This document shows, in pieces, positions 28,696-38,613 of a DNA stretch of 64,000 bases. The notes under the pieces were generated by a model that did no database searches, was not told where the DNA came from, and saw nothing but the letters and a program-made list of their open reading frames with translations. Every line of letters starts with the position of its first letter. Positions within the stretch are counted from its first letter, which is position 1. Source of the stretch: an uncultured Gemmatimonadales bacterium (GTDB taxonomy: Bacteria; Gemmatimonadota; Gemmatimonadetes; Gemmatimonadales; GWC2-71-9); the NCBI GenBank assembly GCA_963842945.1, contig CAWJIM010000003.1, positions 129,103-193,102 on the forward strand, in the 5' to 3' direction. The translations under genes and the position numbers were made by a program.

Positions 28696-30774
28696 CTAAA
28701 CCTCCACCCCCAACTCCGAAAACACAAACGTCCAGCTGTCGGTCAGCTCGTCGAGTACCTTGGTCAGCGGTTTGCCTGCTCCATGTCCCGCTCGCGCTTC
28801 CAGTCGGAGCAACACCGGCCGCTCAGACGATGAGGCCGCCTGCAGTCGCGCCGTCATTTTACGGGCGTGCATCGGATCGACCCGGGTATCGCTCTCCGCC
28901 GTAGCCAGCAGCACGGAGGGGTAGGCTCGGCCGTCTTCCACATGGTGGTAAGGCGAGTAGTCCCGCAGCCAGCGAAACTGCGCCGGATCATCGGGGGAGC
29001 CATACTCGGGAATCCAGAGCCGGGCGATCAGAAAGCGGTGATATCGAAGCATGTCCAGCAGGGGAACCTGGATCAGCACGGCGCGAAAGAGGTCAGATCT
29101 CTGGGTCAGCACCGCTCCCATCAACAGTCCGCCGTTGGAGCCGCCGGCTGCGGCAAGTCGCTCCGGGTTGGTATAGCCCTCCCGGATCAGCCACTCCGCG
29201 GCGGCAATGAAGTCGTCGAAGCTGTTCTGTTTCTTTCCCAGCATTCCGTTCTGGTGCCAGCTCTCGCCGTACTCCCCTCCACCCCGAATGTTGGGAACCG
29301 CCAGCACGCCACCGCGCTCCAACCAGAGCAGCAGCGAGCGAGAGAAGGCCGGAGTCATGCTGATGTTGAACCCGCCGTAACCGGTCAGATACGTGGGATT
29401 GTCAGCGGTTCGTTCGACCTCGACCTGGTGTACCAGAAACATCGAGATGCTGGTCCCGTCTCGCGACGGGTAGCTCACCTGCCGGACCAGAAAACGGTCC
29501 GGATCCAGGTCAGCCGCCACCCGCTGCCACAGCTCGGAGGCGCCGGTGGTGAGGTCGATCCGGTAAACGGTGGGCGGGACCGTATACGACGAGAACCCGT
29601 AGAAGATCTCCCGTCCATCCCACTCGCCACTCACGCCAAAGAGGCTGCCGAGCGTGAGCAGAGCGATTTCGGCTTCACCTCGTCCCTCCAGATCCGTGAG
29701 GCGGAGCCGGGATGAGGCTCGCTCCAGGTAGCTCAAGGCCAGCCGTTCAGCCGTCACGGTGACGCCTTCCAGCACCGCTTCGGCACGGGAGGAGACGATT
29801 TCGCGCCACTGGGATCGGATGGGCTGCTCGGGGTTCACCAGATACAGTCGATAAGTCGGCGCATCGAGGTTGGTCCGCAGATACAGTCGCCCGTGGGCGA
29901 TCTGGCCTTCGAAGGTGGCCGGTAGATTCTCCGCCACGGGTATGAGGGGAGAATTTTGAACCCGATCCTGCAGATAGAGATCGGTTTCATCGAAGGTGCG
30001 GGCCACCTGAATCAGCAGCCAGCGCCCATCCGGCGACAAGCCGACGCCGGGCCAGAATTCCTTTTCCCGCGGGCGGTACACCAGCAGGTCGCTCTCGCAG
30101 TCGGTGCCCACCAGATGGAAATAGATGGAGCGGTGATAGTGCTCTTCCCCGCCCGGAACGTCGGCGGGCGCGGGATAGCGGGTGTAGTAGAATCCGCTGT
30201 TGTCGGGGAGCCAGGCCAGGGATGCTGCGCGGGTTCGGGAGATCCGCTCATCGAGCAGGCGTCCGGTCTCGACCTCGAGCAGATGAAGCACGCTCTGCTC
30301 CGACCCGTTCTCCGACAGCCCATAGGCCAGGAGCCTGCCGTCTTCACTGGGATAGTACCAGTCGAGTGCGGTGGTTCCCGTCGCGTTCAGTGCGTTGGGG
30401 TCGACTGCGATCCGATCGACCCCATCGTACCCAGCGCGCCAGTAGAGCACCGGCTGGTTCTGCTTGCCTTCGCGGCGTTGATAGAAGTAGTGGCCACGGG
30501 CCGGAGTGGGAGCAGTGAGCACACCAATGGCCAGCAGCTGCTCCAGCCGGGCTCTGATTCTTTGTCGTCCGGGAAAGGCCGCGAGATAGGCCTCGGTAAA
30601 GGCGTTCTGCCGCTCGGTCCAGCGTTGAGTGTCGGGAGACTGCCCGTCCTCCAGCCAGCGATAGGGATCGCTGATGCGTTCGCCGTGGAGGACCTCCTCC
30701 ACCGGGTGAGTTGGGGTTTCCGGATAGTCAGGTGGGCGGGTTCGGCTGGCCGGCAGTGGAGGGGACTTAGTCAC
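28696..30774 (-). CDS. Prolyl oligopeptidase (S9A)
   Basis: DPYRWLED, GYGGF, GGSNGGLL, DTRV and HG catalytic motifs. Confidence 0.93.
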   Translation of the reverse strand: MTKSPPLPASRTRPPDYPETPTHPVEEVLHGERISDPYRWLEDGQSPDTQRWTERQNAFTEAYLAAFPGRQRIRARLEQLLAIGVLTAPTPARGHYFYQRREGKQNQPVLYWRAGYDGVDRIAVDPNALNATGTTALDWYYPSEDGRLLAYGLSENGSEQSVLHLLEVETGRLLDERISRTRAASLAWLPDNSGFYYTRYPAPADVPGGEEHYHRSIYFHLVGTDCESDLLVYRPREKEFWPGVGLSPDGRWLLIQVARTFDETDLYLQDRVQNSPLIPVAENLPATFEGQIAHGRLYLRTNLDAPTYRLYLVNPEQPIRSQWREIVSSRAEAVLEGVTVTAERLALSYLERASSRLRLTDLEGRGEAEIALLTLGSLFGVSGEWDGREIFYGFSSYTVPPTVYRIDLTTGASELWQRVAADLDPDRFLVRQVSYPSRDGTSISMFLVHQVEVERTADNPTYLTGYGGFNISMTPAFSRSLLLWLERGGVLAVPNIRGGGEYGESWHQNGMLGKKQNSFDDFIAAAEWLIREGYTNPERLAAAGGSNGGLLMGAVLTQRSDLFRAVLIQVPLLDMLRYHRFLIARLWIPEYGSPDDPAQFRWLRDYSPYHHVEDGRAYPSVLLATAESDTRVDPMHARKMTARLQAASSSERPVLLRLEARAGHGAGKPLTKVLDELTDSWTFVFSELGVEV

Positions 30775-31846
30775 CCAGGCTGATCCCGAGCTCGCGAGCG
30801 GTGGCGATGGTGTCGGAATCGAGTGGCACGTTCCGCGGCCGCCCCACTATCTCCTCCAGCGGAACCTGCTCGATCCCGACGCCCTGTAAGCCCACCATCA
30901 CGCCGAAGGCTCCCTCGGCGATGGCGCGGACCGCGGCGGCCCCGAAGCGCAAGGCCAGCAACCGGTCGTAGGTGGTGGGAGACCCGCCCCGCTGCACGTG
31001 ACCCAGCACCAGGGTGCGCGTCTCCTTGCCGGTGTAGACCTCGATGGCCCGAGCCACCTTGCTGCCAATCCCGCCGAGGCGGTCGACCGTTCCCACGCCG
31101 CGCCGCTCGACCAATTCGACATTGCCGTCCACCGAGCGGGCGCCCTCCGCCACCACCACGATGCTGAACCGTCTTCCTTCCGCCTCACGGCTCCGGATCT
31201 TGTTGCACACCTTCTCGATATTGAAGGGAATTTCGGGGAGCAGAATGACGTCGGCGCTGCCGGAAAGACCGCTGTAGAGGGCTATCCACCCGGCGTACCG
31301 CCCCATCAGCTCGACCACCATTACGCGGTCGTGACTTTCCGCCGTCGAGTGCAGGCGGTCGATCGCCTCGGTCGCGGTGCTCACCGCAGTATCGAAGCCG
31401 AACGACCGCTGGGTGCCGCTCACGTCGTTGTCGATCGTCTTGGGAACGCATACGACCGGGAGTCCGCGCTTCCACAGCTCGTAGGAAATCTGGAGGCTGC
31501 CGTCGCCACCGATCGAGACCAGCGCATCGAACCCGCTGGCCTGAAAGGCCGCGATCAGATCGTTGGAGCGATCGATCTCCTGTTCCTTGCCTTCGGCGTC
31601 GCGACTGATATAGCGAAAGGGATTGCCGCGATTGGTGGTGCCCAGAATGGTGCCACCGAGATGGGTAATACCGCGAACCTGCGGTGGGCCGAGGGGGACA
31701 ACACCGTCAAAGCTGATGAGGCCCTCGAATCCCCGCTGAATACCATAGCAATGCCATCCGCGGTGATGCGCCGACAAGACGACGGCGCGAATGACCGCGT
31801 TCAGCCCGGGGGCGTCACCGCCTCCGGTGGAGATGGCAATGCGCAT
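30767..31846 (-). CDS. pfkA: 6-phosphofructokinase (PfkA family)
   Basis: TGGGDAPGLNA, GGTILGT, GGDGS, PKTIDND, MGR and LGHVQRGG motifs. Confidence 0.93.
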   Translation of the reverse strand: MRIAISTGGGDAPGLNAVIRAVVLSAHHRGWHCYGIQRGFEGLISFDGVVPLGPPQVRGITHLGGTILGTTNRGNPFRYISRDAEGKEQEIDRSNDLIAAFQASGFDALVSIGGDGSLQISYELWKRGLPVVCVPKTIDNDVSGTQRSFGFDTAVSTATEAIDRLHSTAESHDRVMVVELMGRYAGWIALYSGLSGSADVILLPEIPFNIEKVCNKIRSREAEGRRFSIVVVAEGARSVDGNVELVERRGVGTVDRLGGIGSKVARAIEVYTGKETRTLVLGHVQRGGSPTTYDRLLALRFGAAAVRAIAEGAFGVMVGLQGVGIEQVPLEEIVGRPRNVPLDSDTIATARELGISLGD

Positions 31847-31849
31847 CGG

Positions 31850-32086
31850 TCACTTTTCACCTCTCAGCCGCTGGACGGCCTGGACAACCTCACCAGGCTC
31901 GGCATGGCGCCGAGAGGCCTTCTTGGAGAAAACCAGCTGGCCGTCGACTGTCACCTCGAACAATCCGCCGGAAGTCTGGACCAGGCGGACCTGAGCGTCG
32001 GGGAACGTCTGCGTCAACTCAGCCGCCAAACTGGCAGCTCTGGGCTCGTAGTTTCAAATAACGCAGTACTGAATGGTCACATTCAT
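31850..32086 (-). CDS. SelT/SelW/SelH (Rdx family) selenoprotein, 78 aa, in-frame UGA at 32056-32054
   Basis: MNVTIQYCVI-U-NYEPRAASLAAEL...SGGLFEVTVDGQLVFSKK...HAEPGEV: CxxU plus the Rdx GxFEV motif; SECIS-like hairpin downstream of the UGA. Confidence 0.88.
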
Positions 32087-32221
32087 TGCAGCTGGGCCTT
32101 GGTATAGAGACAGATACCGCCGGGGGCGAATCGTAGTTGCGCCGTGAGAAGATGCCAAGGGGACAGACCGGCTGTGACGCCGCTCCTTGTCAGTCTCCCC
32201 GGGGGCATATCTATTGGAGCC

Positions 32222-33760
32222 ATGCTCACCTACCATAGGGCTGCGAAGCCCCTCCCTCGACGGTTGCTGTCGGCAATAATCGCGGTGTCTGCGCTGATAT
32301 TTGTCGCATCGGGGCTGCAGGCCCAAGAGCGCAGGTACCTCTTCGAAGTCGGCGGTGCCGCGGCGTTTCAGTCCTACAACAACGACACGGGACTGGAGAA
32401 CTCGTTCGGCGGGCTGGGCCGGCTCGGAATCTGGCTGCCGCTCAACTTTTCGGCGGAGGTGGAAGGATCTCTGGCCAAGTCCAACGGCATCAGTGTCAAG
32501 GTGGGCTCCGCTTCCCTGCTGTACAACCTGCTCCTGGGATCGAGCACCTGGGCATATCTCAAGGCCGGGATCGGGGGCACCCGGTACGGTCCTGGCGGCG
32601 ATGAGTGCCAACAGAATACGGAGTTCGTCGGCAAAATCTGTGGTACGACAACCACCTATGCGGCCGGTGCGGGGGTCCGGTTCCCGCTGAGCTCGCTCAT
32701 CCTCCTTCGGGCGGAGGCGGTCGTCAATCCCAACAAGGGCACCACCGTTAGCCAGGGTGCCACGCCGGCCGATACCATTCGCGAAGACGTAAAATTTTCC
32801 AACTTCGGCCTGAACGTGGGCCTCAGCTTCATGCTGGGCAGCAAGCCAATTCCCGACAGCGATGCCGACGGAGTTCTCAACAACCGGGACCGCTGCGCCG
32901 AGACTCCCGCGGGGGCACAGGTGGACGAGTTCGGCTGTCCGGCGGATAATGACGGCGACGGCGTTCCCAACGGCATCGACCGGTGTGCCAGCACCCCGCC
33001 GGGAGCCATAGTCGACGCGGCTGGTTGTACCCGGGACAGCGATGGGGACAACATCGCCGATGGCATCGATAAGTGTCCGGACACCCCCGCCGGCGTGCTG
33101 GTGGACGCAAGCGGCTGCCCCCGGGACAGCGATGGGGACGGGATTGCCGATGGGCTCGACCGCTGCTCGGCCACCGCCAAGGGGGCCACCGTGGATGCCC
33201 TGGGCTGCCCCGGCGATGAGGATGCCGATGGAGTGCTGGACGGCCTGGATCGCTGCCCCCGTACGCCGATTGGAGCCACGGTGAACTCCCGTGGCTGTGT
33301 GGCCGGCCAGCAGCCGCGCATGCAGTCCAATGCCCCGCCCGATGCCTCAGCGGCCCCTCCACCGCCGCCGCCGGCCCGGGTGGCGCCTGCGCCCGGTCCA
33401 GCGGCTGAGGCGGCTCCGTTTGTCCTCGAGGGTGTAAGCTTCGAGTCGAGCAGTGCCCGGCTCCAGCCGGGCTCCTATGTCCAGCTGGACTCTATCGCCA
33501 AAGTACTGCAGGCCAACCCGAAGCTCCGGGTGGAAATCGGGGGACATACCGACAACGCGGGAACTCCGGCGGACAATCAGCATCTGTCCACCCTTAGAGC
33601 GGAGGCAGTGCGCAACTATTTGGTGGCGAAGGGTGTGCCGTTCCAGCAGATGGTCGCCAGGGGATATGGGTCCACCATTCCCCGCACGCCGGACACCACG
33701 CCACAGGGTCGCGCCGCCAACCGCCGGGTCGAGATCAAGCCGTTGCCGCCCGAGCCCTGA
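32222..33760 (+). CDS. OmpA-family outer membrane protein with thrombospondin type-3 repeats
   Basis: N-terminal beta-barrel-like region, five DxDxDG..D..DxC repeats, Pro linker, GHTD...LS..RA..V...NRRVE. Confidence 0.9.
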   Translation: MLTYHRAAKPLPRRLLSAIIAVSALIFVASGLQAQERRYLFEVGGAAAFQSYNNDTGLENSFGGLGRLGIWLPLNFSAEVEGSLAKSNGISVKVGSASLLYNLLLGSSTWAYLKAGIGGTRYGPGGDECQQNTEFVGKICGTTTTYAAGAGVRFPLSSLILLRAEAVVNPNKGTTVSQGATPADTIREDVKFSNFGLNVGLSFMLGSKPIPDSDADGVLNNRDRCAETPAGAQVDEFGCPADNDGDGVPNGIDRCASTPPGAIVDAAGCTRDSDGDNIADGIDKCPDTPAGVLVDASGCPRDSDGDGIADGLDRCSATAKGATVDALGCPGDEDADGVLDGLDRCPRTPIGATVNSRGCVAGQQPRMQSNAPPDASAAPPPPPPARVAPAPGPAAEAAPFVLEGVSFESSSARLQPGSYVQLDSIAKVLQANPKLRVEIGGHTDNAGTPADNQHLSTLRAEAVRNYLVAKGVPFQQMVARGYGSTIPRTPDTTPQGRAANRRVEIKPLPPEP

Positions 33761-33828
33761 GCCCGCTTGACCAATGCCAATGCGCGCGTATGCTAAATCG
33801 GAGTTGACCTCCCCCTGAGGAACCGATC

Positions 33829-34246
33829 ATGAAGCCCGAGTCCGTTCTGGCGTTGATTGCCGCACTTATCCTGGGCCCAGCTCCACTCGCTGCCCAGAGT
33901 ACCCCGGAGAACACCAGCACCCCGAAGAGCCCGCCGGCAGGAGCGTCTTCCGCCGCGCCGAGCCCAGAGCTGATCGCTCAGGGAGACAAGATCTTCCATG
34001 GTCCAGGCAACTGTTACGCCTGCCACGGAACCAACGCGCAGGGCTCGGTGGGTCCCAATCTGACCGATGCTGAATGGATCCACAGCAAGGGCAGCTATGA
34101 GGAGATCGTGGCCCAGGTGACCAAGGGTGTGTCCGAAGGAGGAATCGAAGAGCGGCATCGTGATGCCTCCGCGCGGTGGAAGCACCATCAGCGATGATGA
34201 CGTGAAGGCCGTGGCGGCCTACGTCTACTCACTGAGCCATAAGTAG
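33829..34246 (+). CDS. c-type cytochrome; apparent +1 frameshift near 34131
   Basis: CYACH and GPNLTD.EWIH; +1 frame gives PKEESKSGIVMPPRGG...VKAVAAYVYSLSHK*. Confidence 0.8.
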
Positions 34247-34247
34247 C

Positions 34248-34961
34248 TCAGAGGCGTCCCGTGAGGGCGCCCAGCGAGTACCAAACGCCAAAGACCACTC
34301 CGGCGCAGCCGAGCACGGGGACCAGCTCCGGAAATCGGCGGCGCAGGGGGCCTTGGCCGAGTATGTAGGCGATGGCCACCGAGAGCAGCGACATCGACAC
34401 GGCCGTCGCTGTGGCAAACACCACCAGCGCCAGTACACCGGCTCCCGTACCGCTCGCCATTCCTATCAGCAGGATCCCGGCCCCAGCCGAGCCGCCGATT
34501 CCGTGTACCAGTCCAATGCCGAATGACGCCGCGGGAGTACGGTCCAGGGCGTTCCCGTGCTCGTGGCTGTGCTCGACCATCTCTGCTGGACGATGCGAGG
34601 CATCATGGTGGTGAGCGTGAACGTGGAGCAGCGATCCGTGCCGATGCGGGTGGATGTGAAAGTATCCCCGGCGCCAGCGGTTCAGCAGTCTGACCGCGAG
34701 GATGACGATGAATCCTCCGATCATCACTTCCGCCCCACGCTGAACCGGCTCGGGCAGAAATCGGCTGAAGAGCACCACCGGCAAGCCGAACAGAAACAGC
34801 GTCGTGGCGTGCCCCACGCCCCACGCCAGACCGAGCAATGCGGCTCGCCGGACTCGGCTCTGCCTCTGGTTCAGCAGCAGGGTCGAGACCGCGGCTAGAT
34901 GGTCAGGATCGAGCGCGTGACGCAGTCCGAGTATCAGCGCAATAATCAGTGGAAGATGCAC
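34248..34961 (-). CDS. NiCoT/UreH-like nickel/cobalt transporter
   Basis: GLRHALDPDHLAA (HX4DH), WGVGH, His-rich loop, GLVHGIGGS. Confidence 0.85.
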   Translation of the reverse strand: MHLPLIIALILGLRHALDPDHLAAVSTLLLNQRQSRVRRAALLGLAWGVGHATTLFLFGLPVVLFSRFLPEPVQRGAEVMIGGFIVILAVRLLNRWRRGYFHIHPHRHGSLLHVHAHHHDASHRPAEMVEHSHEHGNALDRTPAASFGIGLVHGIGGSAGAGILLIGMASGTGAGVLALVVFATATAVSMSLLSVAIAYILGQGPLRRRFPELVPVLGCAGVVFGVWYSLGALTGRL

Positions 34962-35032
34962 CGGGACATTATACCCCACCCCCGGTCGAAAATCACCGAC
35001 ATGGTTCGAAGCCGCCGGATAGATTCCCGCGC

Positions 35033-37115
35033 ATGAGCACGAACCGTTTGAGCCAGTCGCCCTCAGCCTACCTGCAGTCCGCCGCCCATCAGCCGATCCA
35101 TTGGTATCCCTGGGGGCCAGAGGCTTTTGCCGCCGCTGAAACCGGCGACCGGCCGGTGCTGCTCGACATTGGCGCCGTGTGGTGCCATTGGTGCCACGTC
35201 ATGGATGGTGAGTCCTACGAGAGCCCCGAGCTGGCGGCCTTCCTCAACGAGAATTTCATCTGCATCAAGGTAGACCGCGACGAGCGTCCCGACGTGGACG
35301 CGCGATATCAACGCGCGGTGCAGATGCTGACTCAGCAGGGCGGCTGGCCGTTGACCGCCTTTCTCACGCCTCGGGGCGAGGTGTTCTTCGGCGGCACTTA
35401 TTTCCCCCCCGACGGAAAGTTCGGGCGGCCCGGCTTTCGCACCGTCCTGGCGAGCGTGCTCGACGCCTACCGGAGCCGCAGAGATCAGGTTCAGGCCCAG
35501 GCGCAGGCTATCCGGCGAGTCCTCGATGAGCAGCTGAACGAAGCGGCTCGGGGCGAGGTTTCGCCCGCACTGCTGGACCGCGGCGTCTCCCAGATGACTG
35601 AGGCCTTCGATCGGGTCAACGGAGGCTTCGGGAGTCAACCGAAATTCCCTCATCCCGCGGGGCTCAGTCTTCTACTGCATCGCTGGCACGACCAGCCGTC
35701 CGATCAGATCCGGAACATCATCGATCGAACTCTCCAGGGCATGGCCCGCGGCGGAATGCACGATCAGCTCGGTGGAGGCTTTCATAGGTACAGCGTGGAT
35801 GCCCGGTGGATCGTGCCACACTTCGAGAAGATGTCCTACGACAACTCGGAGCTGCTCAAGGTTTATCTCGACGCCTATGCGCTCTTCGGGACCGAGGAGT
35901 ACGCGGACGTGGCGAGAGGAATCGTGCGCTGGGTGCGGGAGGTCGCCTCCGATCTCGCGGGAGGCTATGCCGCCAGTCAGGACGCCGATGTGGGTCTGGA
36001 GGATGATGGCGACTACTTCACCTGGACCCGGGACGAGGCGGCGGCAGTCCTGACTCCCGACGAGCTGGAAGTAGCCGCAGCCTACTATGACATCGGCACG
36101 GCCGGGGAGATGCACCACAACCCGGGCAAGAACGTGCTGTTCGTGGCTGCCACGGTTGCCCAGATTGCCCTGCACACCGGCAGAACCGAGCAGGAGACCG
36201 AGCTGGTGCTCAGAACTGCCCGGAGCAAGTTACGCCTCCAGCGCGATCGGCGACCGGCCCCATTTGTGGATCGCACCCGGTACACCGGCTGGAATGCCAT
36301 GATGGCGTCCGCGATGCTCCGCGCGGGCGCGGTCCTGGCAGACGAATGGGCCACTGGGCACGCCCTGCTGACATTGCAACGCATCAGACAGGAGAACGAA
36401 ACTCCCGATGCCGTCGCCCACCTACCTGGAGGCGTCACTGGACTGCTCGACGATCAGGTGCAGACCTCGGCCGCGGCACTCGACGCCTACGAGGCAACCG
36501 GAGATCGCGAATGGCTGAACTGGTCGCTTCAGATCATGGAACGCGTCTGGTCCGAATACTGGGACCGGGAGGCCGGCGGCCTCTTCGACACCGCTCGCGG
36601 CCGGACGGATGAATCCGGCCTCTTGCCGGCCCGGGCCAAGCCGGTACAAGACACTCCCACCCCTTCGCCCAACGGCGTGGCGGGAGTGGTCGCCCTACGG
36701 CTCCATGCGCTCACCGGACGGCCCGAGTGGCAGGAGCGTGCCACGGCACTTCTCGCTGCGTTTGCCGGACGTGCCGCCGAGCTGGGACTCTATGCGGCCA
36801 CCTACCTGTTGGCGGTAGATTGGCAAGTCAACCCGGTAACTCACTTGGTCGTAGTCGGGGAACATCACGACCCTGCGGTGCAGCAGCATGCACCTTGCCG
36901 CCCTCGCGGGCTTTGTCCCTCGCCGAGCCGTGCAGCTGTTGACCCCCGATGCCGCCACCGGTCAAGGCCTTCCGCCTGCCCTCCAGGGCATGCTGGCCGT
37001 AGGACAATCACCCCGCGGTTACGCCTGCACCGGGAACAGTTGTTCCCCACCAGCTGGAGATCCCTCGGCCTGGCAAGCCACCCTCGAATCGCTTCGAGCC
37101 GCGGTCACCGCGTAG
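35033..37115 (+). CDS. YyaL/SSP411-like thioredoxin-domain (DUF255) protein; apparent +1 frameshift near 36885
   Basis: NRL...SAYL, WCHWCHVM, KVDRDERPD, GGWPLT and PHFEKM motifs; C-terminal YAC....C..P in the next frame. Confidence 0.88.
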
Positions 37116-37161
37116 GTCTGGATTAGATTAGCTCCAGCATTCCACTCAGGAGAAAGTGTCC

Positions 37162-37611
37162 ATGCCGAAGTCCGCCACCATCCAGACGAGCAAGGGGACC
37201 ATTGTTGCCGAGCTGTTCGACAAGGAGGTGCCCGGCACGGTCCAGAACTTCGAGAAGCTGTCCAACAGCGAATTTTACGATGGCACCAGATTCCATCGCG
37301 TGATCTCCAACTTCATGATTCAAGGGGGTGATCCGCTGTCGAAGGATCCCAACAACCCTCGCGTCGGAACCGGTGGGCCCGGCTACAAGATCAAGTGTGA
37401 GACCCACCTTAACACCCACAAGCACACCGCCGGCACCCTCTCCATGGCACACGCGGGCAAGGATACAGGTGGCAGTCAATTCTTCATCTGCCACAGCCCC
37501 CAGCCGCATCTCGACAAGGTCCACACGGTCTTCGGCCAGGTCACCCAGGGTATGGACGTCGTGAATTCGATCCGGCAGAATGACGTCATCACATCCATCC
37601 GGGTCAACTGA
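37162..37611 (+). CDS. Cyclophilin-type peptidyl-prolyl isomerase
   Basis: [28 protein letters not shown] and HTVFGQV motifs. Confidence 0.95.
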   Translation: MPKSATIQTSKGTIVAELFDKEVPGTVQNFEKLSNSEFYDGTRFHRVISNFMIQGGDPLSKDPNNPRVGTGGPGYKIKCETHLNTHKHTAGTLSMAHAGKDTGGSQFFICHSPQPHLDKVHTVFGQVTQGMDVVNSIRQNDVITSIRVN

Positions 37612-38017
37612 GCTGCATCTCGATTTTGCCGTGGTGGCCGATTATGCCCTGATCGATCAGCAGGGAAAGCTGAGCGTGCTCGGCATCTTCCAGCACGTGT
37701 GGCTCTCCAATTTTCCGGCGGTGTATCCCCGCACCCACCTGGTGTTGCGGGTGCGGGGCCGGCGCACCGAAATCGGGGTGCATACCATCCGAATTCGCTT
37801 CGTTGACGAGGGAGGAAACGAGCTCTTGGGAGGAGAGGGCACCGTCCAGTTCGGCGAGCCGCCGGCTGGAGTAGTCGACGTGGAGGCCGGAGCGGTGCTG
37901 GTCTTCGATGTTCCCCTGCCGCGCCCGGGCCAGTATGCTTTCGAGATCAGCCTCGACGGCGAGCTGGCCAGCCGGGTTGCCCTCTCGGCGGGATATCCCC
38001 AGTCCCCCCAGCAGTGA
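37580..38017 (+). CDS. Conserved hypothetical protein (DUF6941-like); start uncertain
   Basis: [14 protein letters not shown] and LP.PG.Y.F pattern; operon position. Confidence 0.65.
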   Translation: MTSSHPSGSTELHLDFAVVADYALIDQQGKLSVLGIFQHVWLSNFPAVYPRTHLVLRVRGRRTEIGVHTIRIRFVDEGGNELLGGEGTVQFGEPPAGVVDVEAGAVLVFDVPLPRPGQYAFEISLDGELASRVALSAGYPQSPQQ

Positions 38018-38613
38018 CGGGAAACATGATGGTCACCATGACGCGGGACGAAGCAGTTGAGCTCATGCACGAGTACACCGCATCGGATGCGCTCCGAAAG
38101 CACATGTACGCGGTGGAGATCGCTATGAGGGCAATGGCCGAACGTGCCGGCGAGAACCCGGACGACTGGGGTCTGGTTGGTCTGCTGCACGACTTCGACT
38201 ATGAGCGCTACCCTAACCAGGAACATTCACCTACAGAGGGGCATCCCGCCGAAGGCGTCCGGCTGTTGGCCGCCCGCGGTCTTCCGGAACCGATGCAGCG
38301 CGCCATTCTGGGTCACGCCACTTACACGGGCGTCCCCCGCGACACTCCGATGGCCGGGGCGCTCTTTGCGGTGGACGAGCTGGCCGGCTTCCTGGTGGCG
38401 TGCGCCCTGGTGCGCCCCTCCCGCAGTCTCCAGGATCTCGAGGTCTCCAGCGTCAAGAAAAAGCTCAAGGACAAGGCGTTTGCCCGCGGCGTGAGCCGGG
38501 AGGATGTGCTGCAGGGAGCAGAGGAGCTGGGAGTACCGCTGGACCAACACATCGCCTTCATGCTGGAGGCCCTCCGCCCTCACGAGAAGAGGCTCGGTCT
38601 GGGAGCGCCGTGA
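38014..38613 (+). CDS. HD-domain phosphohydrolase
   Basis: LRKH..AVE, GLLHDFDYE, LFAVDEL and KKKLKDKAFA motifs. Confidence 0.88.
   Translation: MTGNMMVTMTRDEAVELMHEYTASDALRKHMYAVEIAMRAMAERAGENPDDWGLVGLLHDFDYERYPNQEHSPTEGHPAEGVRLLAARGLPEPMQRAILGHATYTGVPRDTPMAGALFAVDELAGFLVACALVRPSRSLQDLEVSSVKKKLKDKAFARGVSREDVLQGAEELGVPLDQHIAFMLEALRPHEKRLGLGAP

Noticed and set aside
28696..30774. Prolyl oligopeptidase as a PQQ or RiPP maturase
   Set aside because: It is on the opposite strand in a separate operon and no precursor peptide is seen
30767..31846. PFK as evidence of RuMP-cycle assimilation
   Set aside because: No hps or phi gene is in the window, and PFK is a housekeeping enzyme
32054..32611. 185-aa minus-strand ORF
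   Set aside because: Mostly antisense to OmpA; only its last 10 codons are real, as the selenoprotein N-terminus
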